Of a stretch of DNA of 16,645 nt, positions 8,418 to 14,235 are shown one piece after another; within the stretch, counting starts at the first letter, position 1; every line of letters begins with the position of its first letter. The translations under genes were made by a program, and so were the position numbers. Below the pieces are notes generated by a model. The model ran no database searches. It had not been told where the DNA came from and saw only the letters and a program-made list of their open reading frames with translations. The stretch is from Candidatus Eiseniibacteriota bacterium (GTDB lineage Bacteria > Eisenbacteria > RBG-16-71-46 > JABDJR01 > JAWXBZ01). The DNA is taken from assembly GCA_034440375.1 (NCBI GenBank), contig JAWXBZ010000135.1, positions 1 through 16,645 of the forward strand. Reading direction: 5' to 3'.

Positions 8418-9550
8418 CAGGTCGAGTCCTTCTGGCCCCCACCAATGATGCGGAAGGGCGGCGGACGTTCGGCCCTGGACGGTGTCTCGTCGGGAGGCGC
8501 ATCGAGTGCAGGTGCATCTGTCGATTCGGACGGAGTGGGGATCACCGGATGCGTCGGCCCCGGATCGGGCGCGTCTGACCCGCCGATCACCGGAACCGCG
8601 GGAATCGCGCCGGGCGGCAGAAACCCCGGATGCGTCAGAGCACGATGACGGCCCCGAAAGCCCTTGAATCCGTGGCGGCGTTCCGCATCGAGTTTCTCGG
8701 CCAGGTCACGGAAGCCGGCCGCCTCCTCGGAAAAGCCGGCCTCGACGGCCTTCATCGCCAATGTCGCCGCCAGGAGTGACAAATCGGCGAGATCGTGAAG
8801 ATGGCCGAGCTGGTCCTGCATTCCTTTCAGGAGGGCGATCCGCCGGACGATCGGGGGGGGGAAAAGCGGTGCGAAGAGCTCGAGCGCGTACCGCAACTTC
8901 TTTCCGGCAATCCGGAAGCGGTGCTGGGCCTCGGCGTCGTGAAGCTCCAGCGGCTCAAGCGGCAGGGCACGCACGGCCTCCCAGGCCTCGCGCAGGGCCT
9001 CGAGGGCCTGCTGGCAAAAGTCGGCCAGCGTCATGGGCGCCGCGTGATCCCTGGGCCAACGGTGGTCCTCGAGATCACGGATGACCCGCACGAGCCGCCG
9101 GCGCAGCCGGTTCAGTGCCAGCCGGTCGACGAGTTCCCCACCGGTCCGGTCGAAGTCGTCGCGACGCGATAGCAACTGGGCGGCCATCGATCCGGCGGCT
9201 CCGCGGGCAGCAGGAGAAAGTCGCTCTTTCAAATTGGCCAGAAGCGCGGCACCGACCTCGGCCTCGCGCGGTCCGCCCAGCTCACGCCGGATTGTTTTCA
9301 GGCGACGGGCCAGCCGACGAGCCGGCTTCCCGGCGATGAACTCGCGCCCCGCATCGAGGATGCCTCGCAACCTCCGGGAGGTAACCCGAACGTCGTGAAT
9401 GGCCTCGGTGTCCCGTTCGTCCGACTCCAGCCGGCGGAGCGCTGATTCAAGCGCCCCCCGCTGGGATTCAAGCGCAATCGCCAGCCACCGGTGCGGGCCA
9501 AGGACGTTGAATTCCGGTTCAGTCAGCCTGTTTCTTGGTGATCGGGTCAT
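8417..9550 (-). CDS. CHAD domain protein (polyphosphate-binding family) with Pro-rich C-terminal tail
   Basis: EAIHDVRVTSRRLR, LGGPRE, HRFRIAGKKLRYALE, LKGMQDQLGHLHD are CHAD His/Arg motifs; GAGG before ATG 9550. Confidence 0.88.
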   Translation of the reverse strand: MTRSPRNRLTEPEFNVLGPHRWLAIALESQRGALESALRRLESDERDTEAIHDVRVTSRRLRGILDAGREFIAGKPARRLARRLKTIRRELGGPREAEVGAALLANLKERLSPAARGAAGSMAAQLLSRRDDFDRTGGELVDRLALNRLRRRLVRVIRDLEDHRWPRDHAAPMTLADFCQQALEALREAWEAVRALPLEPLELHDAEAQHRFRIAGKKLRYALELFAPLFPPPIVRRIALLKGMQDQLGHLHDLADLSLLAATLAMKAVEAGFSEEAAGFRDLAEKLDAERRHGFKGFRGRHRALTHPGFLPPGAIPAVPVIGGSDAPDPGPTHPVIPTPSESTDAPALDAPPDETPSRAERPPPFRIIGGGQKDST

Positions 9551-9695
9551 TTTGCCCTCAGTAATGTCTCGTCATGATAAACCAGCGTGCCATCCCGGCG
9601 CCTCATGCTTGTAATGAGGTCGGAACGCCGTCTAGACTGGGCATGGCCCACTTCACAGCACTCCCAACGCGATGGCCGCCAGAGGAGACACCCCA

Positions 9696-11528
9696 ATGAC
9701 TACTCGACGGGCACAGGCCCTGATGGCGGGCACCGTTCTGGTCACGACCTGTTTCGCCGCCACGATGAGCTCCGCTGCCCTCCCCACCAATTTCGCCGAT
9801 CAATCCGTGGTTACGGGGCTCTCACAACCGGCCGGCATGGCCTTCCTTCCCGACGGCCGCATGCTGATCATCGAACAAAAGACGCGCAACGTGCGGCTGG
9901 TCCTGGCGGGCGGTGCAACGGCCGACACGACGCTGATTATTGCCGACGTGAACACCTCGGGCAATGAGCGCGGCCTCCTGGGGATGGCCATCGATCCGCA
10001 GTGGCCGACCCGGCCCAACATCTATTTTTACTTCGACCAGACGCCCTCGATCAAGAACTATATCGTGCGTTACACCGCTACGGGTGATCTGTCGAATGGC
10101 GCCTCCAGCAACCTGACGCTCGGGAGTCGCTACAACATCATGACCGACATCCCGGACGCGGCCAGCAATCACAACGGCGGCACACTCCGATTCGGCATTG
10201 ACGGCAAGCTTTACGCCAGCCTTGGCGAGGATGCCGATGCCTGTGGCGCGCAGAACAACACGCTGCTCAAGGGAAACATCCTCCGACTCGACATTGACAA
10301 CCTCCCGGCGGGCGCCGGCGGGCCGCCGGCCAAGAGCCTGATCACGCCGGTCGACAATCCGTTCGTCGGATCGGCCAACGCCAACACCAAGCTGGTCTTT
10401 GCCTTCGGCTTGCGCAATCCCTTTCGCTTCCAGATCGATTCGCTGACCGGAATCCTTTACATCGCTGATGTCGGGCAGAACACCTTCGAAGAGATCGACG
10501 AATGCGACGGCGGCGAGAATTTTGGCTGGCCGAATTTCGAGGGGAATGCCTTTTTCTCAGGGACCTGCCCGGCGGCCTCGCCGGTTGGACCGATCGCCAC
10601 CTATGACCGTACCGGGTTCGCCAGCGCCTCGATCATCAGCGGCCCTCGCTACCGCCGGGTCTGCGGCGGGCTGTATACCTTTCCCGCCGACTACGAGGGG
10701 GATGTCTTCTATTCGGAATACTACCAGGGATTTCTCCGCCGCCTGCGCAATACGGCCGGCACCTGGGCCCCCGCGCCCGGCGCGCCCGGACAGCCGAACG
10801 CCAACGACTGGGCCACCGCCACAACCAACGTCAGCGACTACGCCATCGGCCCGGATGGCGCGATCTACTACTGCAAGCAGTTCACCGCCGGCATCCGACG
10901 CATCGTTTACACCGGTCTGCAACCAGCCGGCATGGTGCCGACGGTCATGGCCAGCGCGGTATCCAGCAGCCGGATCGACATCACCTGGAGCGCCCCGCCA
11001 AACGGCGGCGCTGTCGTGTCCTATGACGTCGAGTGTCGTATCCCACCGGCGGCTTTCGCGCTGCGTGCCAATGTTCCTTCTGGCACGACGGCCTATGCCG
11101 ACACCGGCCTCATGGCGTCGACGATCTACGAATACCGGATCCTGGCGAAGAACGCCGCCGGCGCCTGGGGCTACAGCGGCACCGCATCCGACTCGACGCT
11201 GACCCAGAGCGGCGTAGGCGATCCGGCCCCCCGCCCCGCCATCCTGACGGCGTTCCCGAATCCGTTCCGGTCCGGCGGCGGCGTGACGATTCGGGCGGAG
11301 GCGGTAAACGGCTCACCGCTCACGCTTCGGGTTTTCGACACGGCGGGCCGCCGCATCCGCGATCTGTCGGTGGCTGCCACCCGGAACGACGTCCTTGGCG
11401 GCCCGGTCTTCGTCACCTGGGACGGCCGAAACGACGACGGCCGCCAGGCCCGACCCGGAGTCTACTTCCTCCGCTTCGAGGCGGGCGGCCGCGTGGCCAC
11501 GCATCGACTGGTTCTGGCCGGGCCCTGA
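9696..11528 (+). CDS. Secreted PQQ-dependent sugar dehydrogenase (glucose/sorbosone dehydrogenase beta-propeller) + FN3 + FlgD-Ig/T9SS-CTD-like domain, 610 aa
   Basis: AGAGGAG SD at 9681-9687 favours ATG 9696. Signal peptide; GLSQPAGMAFLPDGR, ERGLLGMAIDP, HNGGTLRFGIDGKLY, GLRNPFRF, ADVGQNTFEEID, NFGWP. FN3 (IDITWS...YADTGL...YEYRILAKN). C-terminal PNPF...FDTAGR...WDGRNDDG...GVYFLR. Confidence 0.88.
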   Translation: MTTRRAQALMAGTVLVTTCFAATMSSAALPTNFADQSVVTGLSQPAGMAFLPDGRMLIIEQKTRNVRLVLAGGATADTTLIIADVNTSGNERGLLGMAIDPQWPTRPNIYFYFDQTPSIKNYIVRYTATGDLSNGASSNLTLGSRYNIMTDIPDAASNHNGGTLRFGIDGKLYASLGEDADACGAQNNTLLKGNILRLDIDNLPAGAGGPPAKSLITPVDNPFVGSANANTKLVFAFGLRNPFRFQIDSLTGILYIADVGQNTFEEIDECDGGENFGWPNFEGNAFFSGTCPAASPVGPIATYDRTGFASASIISGPRYRRVCGGLYTFPADYEGDVFYSEYYQGFLRRLRNTAGTWAPAPGAPGQPNANDWATATTNVSDYAIGPDGAIYYCKQFTAGIRRIVYTGLQPAGMVPTVMASAVSSSRIDITWSAPPNGGAVVSYDVECRIPPAAFALRANVPSGTTAYADTGLMASTIYEYRILAKNAAGAWGYSGTASDSTLTQSGVGDPAPRPAILTAFPNPFRSGGGVTIRAEAVNGSPLTLRVFDTAGRRIRDLSVAATRNDVLGGPVFVTWDGRNDDGRQARPGVYFLRFEAGGRVATHRLVLAGP

Positions 11529-11549
11529 CGGGCGCGGGTCCGAATCAGC

Positions 11550-11861
11550 CTACAATCCCAGCGAGTTCTTCTTCTCCTCGGCCGTCGGCAGCGGATCGAC
11601 CTTCTGTGTAATGTTCGGCAGAGTCCCCGGGGCGGTCTTCTCGGTGTTCACGGCGATCCACTGCTTCTGGTCGTTCGGCACGTCGTCCAGCGAGAAGATG
11701 GCCTCCACCGGACACGCGGGCACGCAGGCATCGCAATCGATGCATTCGTCGGGGTTGATGTAGAGCATATTGTCGTCACCGTAGAAGCAATTCACGGGAC
11801 AGACTTCCACGCAGTCGGTAAATCGGCAATCCTGACAATTGCCGGTGACGACGTAGGCCAT
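11550..11861 (-). CDS. fdxA: 7Fe ([3Fe-4S]+[4Fe-4S]) ferredoxin, Azotobacter FdI/FdxA type, 103 aa
   Basis: GGAGG SD before ATG 11861. CxxCxxxxCxxxCP and CxxCxxCxxxCP motifs; C-terminal PNITQKVDPLP extension typical of FdI. Confidence 0.92.
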   Translation of the reverse strand: MAYVVTGNCQDCRFTDCVEVCPVNCFYGDDNMLYINPDECIDCDACVPACPVEAIFSLDDVPNDQKQWIAVNTEKTAPGTLPNITQKVDPLPTAEEKKNSLGL

Positions 11862-11926
11862 CGTTTCCTCCTGGAGAGTGTTCGGCCGCCCCTCTAGCCG
11901 GGCGCCGAATGCGCGGGGCGTCTCGG

Positions 11927-11954
11927 TTGCTGAATCGTTCCGATCGGCTAAGAT
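11927..11954 (+). promoter_or_regulatory. Candidate sigma70-type promoter for the adenosyltransferase gene
   Basis: TTGCTG (11927-11932), 16-nt spacer, TAAGAT (11949-11954) in the divergent intergenic region. Confidence 0.4.
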
Positions 11955-12004
11955 ACGGCAACTCGTTTCACGTCCACAAGTCCCGCCTCCGGCCGAGGAT
12001 TCCA

Positions 12005-12568
12005 ATGCCCCGAATTACCCGCGTCTACACGCGCTCCGGCGATGATGGATCCACCGGCCTCGGAGCCGGCCAGCGGGTGGGCAAGGACAGCCTCCGCATC
12101 GAGGCCTACGGTACGGTCGATGAGCTCAATTCGGTCCTCGGGGTGGCCCTGAACGTCGACCTGGATCCATTTCTGGCCGAGTGCCTTGGCCATGTGCAGA
12201 ACGATCTCTTTCACCTCGGTAGCGATCTCTGCATCCCGGAGTCCGACAAGGTCAACATGCCGGTACCGACGGTCGAGGACCGCCATGTGGCCGAACTGGA
12301 GGGGTGGATCGACCGGATGCAGGCGGAACTGGCACCTCTCGAGAATTTCATCCTCCCCGGCGGCACGCCGGGCGCGGCCCACTTGCATGTGGCCCGCACG
12401 GTCTGCCGGCGGGCCGAGCGACTGGCGGTTCACCTGTCACGGGTGGAACCCATCGGGCCCAGGGTCGTCCGGTACCTGAATCGGCTCTCGGACGCCCTGT
12501 TTGTCATGGCGCGCTTCGAGAACCTGAAAAAGGGCCGCCCGGACGTCAGCTGGAACAGCCGGGCCTGA
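12005..12568 (+). CDS. pduO: ATP:cob(I)alamin adenosyltransferase, PduO type, 187 aa
   Basis: VYTRSGDDGST, RIEAYGTVDELNS, QNDLFHLGSDL, FILPGG, LHVARTVCRRAER, YLNRLSDALFVMAR; GAGG before ATG 12005. Confidence 0.93.
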   Translation: MPRITRVYTRSGDDGSTGLGAGQRVGKDSLRIEAYGTVDELNSVLGVALNVDLDPFLAECLGHVQNDLFHLGSDLCIPESDKVNMPVPTVEDRHVAELEGWIDRMQAELAPLENFILPGGTPGAAHLHVARTVCRRAERLAVHLSRVEPIGPRVVRYLNRLSDALFVMARFENLKKGRPDVSWNSRA

Positions 12569-12713
12569 CGAAAGAAATTTCAACTCCCCCCAATCCAATC
12601 CCGGTGGGCCCTACGTAAGACTCGCAAAGCCGAAGGCGATGAGGGAAAGAGCCATCCCACCCAGCCCTTCGACGTTCCGCGAGTTTCCACTGTCCGCACC
12701 AAAGGGGAACGCC

Positions 12714-13622
12714 ATGATCTCGAAAGCGACCATACACCATGCAGTTTGCCGGGTCAGCCTGGCCCTGTCCGCGGCTTCGCTGGCCGCTGTTCTGACTGCT
12801 TTTTCACCCGCGCCGGCTGCCATGGCTGCCGAGGAACTCTTTGCGGTGACCACGAGCAATACGCTGGTCAACTTCAACAGCTCGACCCCGTGGTTTTTCT
12901 CCAGCCGGCCGATTACGGGCCTGATGGCGGGTGAAAACGCCTGCGGCATCGACTTCCGCCCGGCGCTGCCTGTTGGTCGCCTGTACGTCCTCGGCAGCAC
13001 GGGCCGCGTTTATCGTATCGATGACCCGTTCTCCGGCGTGGCCACGCTCGTGACCACGACGCCATTTGCCCTGTCCGGCACCAACTTTGGTTTCGACTTC
13101 AATCCGACCGTTGATCGGATTCGCGTGGTCAGTGATGCCGACCAGAATCTGCGGCTGCACCCCGACACCGGAAACCTGGTCCTGGCGGACACGCCGCTGG
13201 CCTATGCGGCCGCTGACGCCAACTTCGGCGTGAACCCGGGCGTGACCGCGGCTGCCTACACCAACAGCTTCGCCGGCGCCACGACCACCACGCTATACGA
13301 TCTCGACACCGACCTCGACAACCTGACCACCCAGACGCCGGCCAACGCCGGCACGCTGCAGACGGTTGGTTCGCTGGGCTTTGACGCCAATGGCGTCAAT
13401 GGCTTCGACATCTCCGGTGCCACGGGAGTGGCCTATGCCGCCCTGAACACCGGCGGTCCGCAGTCAAACCTGTACACGATCAATCTGATGACCGGAGCCA
13501 CCACCGATCTTGGCGTCGTCGGTTGCCAGGAGCCGCTCCGCGGCCTGAGCGTCTACCGCGAACTCCCGACGGCTGTTGAGGGGACGACCTGGAGCCGGGT
13601 GAAGACGTTGATGGGGAACTAA
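12714..13622 (+). CDS. Secreted DUF4394-domain protein with short C-terminal TTWSRVK tail, 302 aa
   Basis: AAAGGGG SD before ATG 12714. Signal peptide ending AMA. GIDFRPA, FGFDFNPTVDRIRVVS, QNLRLHPDTG, AAAYTNS, TTLYDLD, GFDI match my recollection of DUF4394. Confidence 0.82.
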   Translation: MISKATIHHAVCRVSLALSAASLAAVLTAFSPAPAAMAAEELFAVTTSNTLVNFNSSTPWFFSSRPITGLMAGENACGIDFRPALPVGRLYVLGSTGRVYRIDDPFSGVATLVTTTPFALSGTNFGFDFNPTVDRIRVVSDADQNLRLHPDTGNLVLADTPLAYAAADANFGVNPGVTAAAYTNSFAGATTTTLYDLDTDLDNLTTQTPANAGTLQTVGSLGFDANGVNGFDISGATGVAYAALNTGGPQSNLYTINLMTGATTDLGVVGCQEPLRGLSVYRELPTAVEGTTWSRVKTLMGN

Positions 13623-13644
13623 CCCATAAGTCGATCTGGAATGA

Positions 13645-13679
13645 GAAATCCCACCCGACGGATGGTCGGGTGGGATTTC
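13645..13679. terminator. Probable bidirectional intrinsic terminator between convergent genes
   Basis: Perfect 15-bp inverted repeat GAAATCCCACCCGAC-ggatg-GTCGGGTGGGATTTC; T-rich run-outs on both strands. Confidence 0.8.
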
Positions 13680-13697
13680 CTGTTCAACAGCGTTGGA

Positions 13698-13719
13698 TCG
13701 GCGTGCAACAGCACGCCGA
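13698..13719 (-). other. Second hairpin immediately after the bacilliredoxin stop codon
   Basis: Perfect 9-bp stem TCGGCGTGC-aaca-GCACGCCGA; no U-tract. Confidence 0.55.
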
Positions 13720-13720
13720 C

Positions 13721-14158
13721 CTATTGTGCGCTGGCGCCGGTGACGCAATGCTCCTGGAAAGCCGCATTGAGGCGATTCGCGATGGTCATCGCGTCGTTTC
13801 CCTCGATGTCGTGGCGTTCCATCATGAACAGCAGTTTGCCGTCACGAACCAGTCCGATTGCAGGCGAGGACGGCAGATAGCCGGTGAAGTAGCCGCGAGC
13901 CTTCGCGGTGGCTTCGACATCATTGCCGGCAAAGACGGTGATGAAGTTTTCCGGTTTCACTTCGGACTGCATGGCCAGGGCAATTCCGGGCCGGGCCTTT
14001 CCGGCGGCGCAGCCGCAGACGGAATTGACCACGACCATCGTCACGCCCTTCGTCGATTCCAGCTCGCGCTGGACATCCGCGGCGGTTTTGGTTTCCTTGA
14101 ATCCGAGCTGGGCCAGCTCTTCGCGCATCGGCGCCACGAGCGTTTCGTCGTAACCCAT
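13721..14158 (-). CDS. brxA: Bacilliredoxin, BrxA/BrxB (YphP/YqiW) family, 145 aa
   Basis: AGGAG SD before ATG 14158. LVAPMREEL, VVNSVCGCAAGKARP (CGC motif), TVFAGND.EAT..AR, PSSPAIGL, ERHDIEG. BrxA versus BrxB cannot be resolved by eye. Confidence 0.93.
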   Translation of the reverse strand: MGYDETLVAPMREELAQLGFKETKTAADVQRELESTKGVTMVVVNSVCGCAAGKARPGIALAMQSEVKPENFITVFAGNDVEATAKARGYFTGYLPSSPAIGLVRDGKLLFMMERHDIEGNDAMTIANRLNAAFQEHCVTGASAQ

Positions 14159-14216
14159 TGAAATATCTCCTCTTGGCGGGAATCGGCGGCCGAACATCCT
14201 ATTCGGCCCGCCACTT

Positions 14217-14235
14217 GCCTTCTATTATAGAAGGC
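14217..14235 (-). promoter_or_regulatory. Inverted repeat containing a perfect TATAAT box upstream of brx
   Basis: Minus strand GCCTTCTA-TAA-TAGAAGGC (8-bp arms); TATAAT at 14229-14224; no convincing -35. Confidence 0.5.

Noticed and set aside
9601-9619. CCTCAT-N7-ATGAGG inverted repeat and nearby ECF-like TGTAAT...CGTCTA
   Set aside because: Arms are only 6 bp and the 13-nt spacer is too short for a typical ECF promoter; not supportable.
12595-12713. Cobalamin or c-di-GMP riboswitch (fragments AGGGAA, CCACTG, GCAAAGCC)
   Set aside because: Fragments are incomplete and not in the required order, and the region lies downstream of pduO; kept only as an unassigned structured leader.
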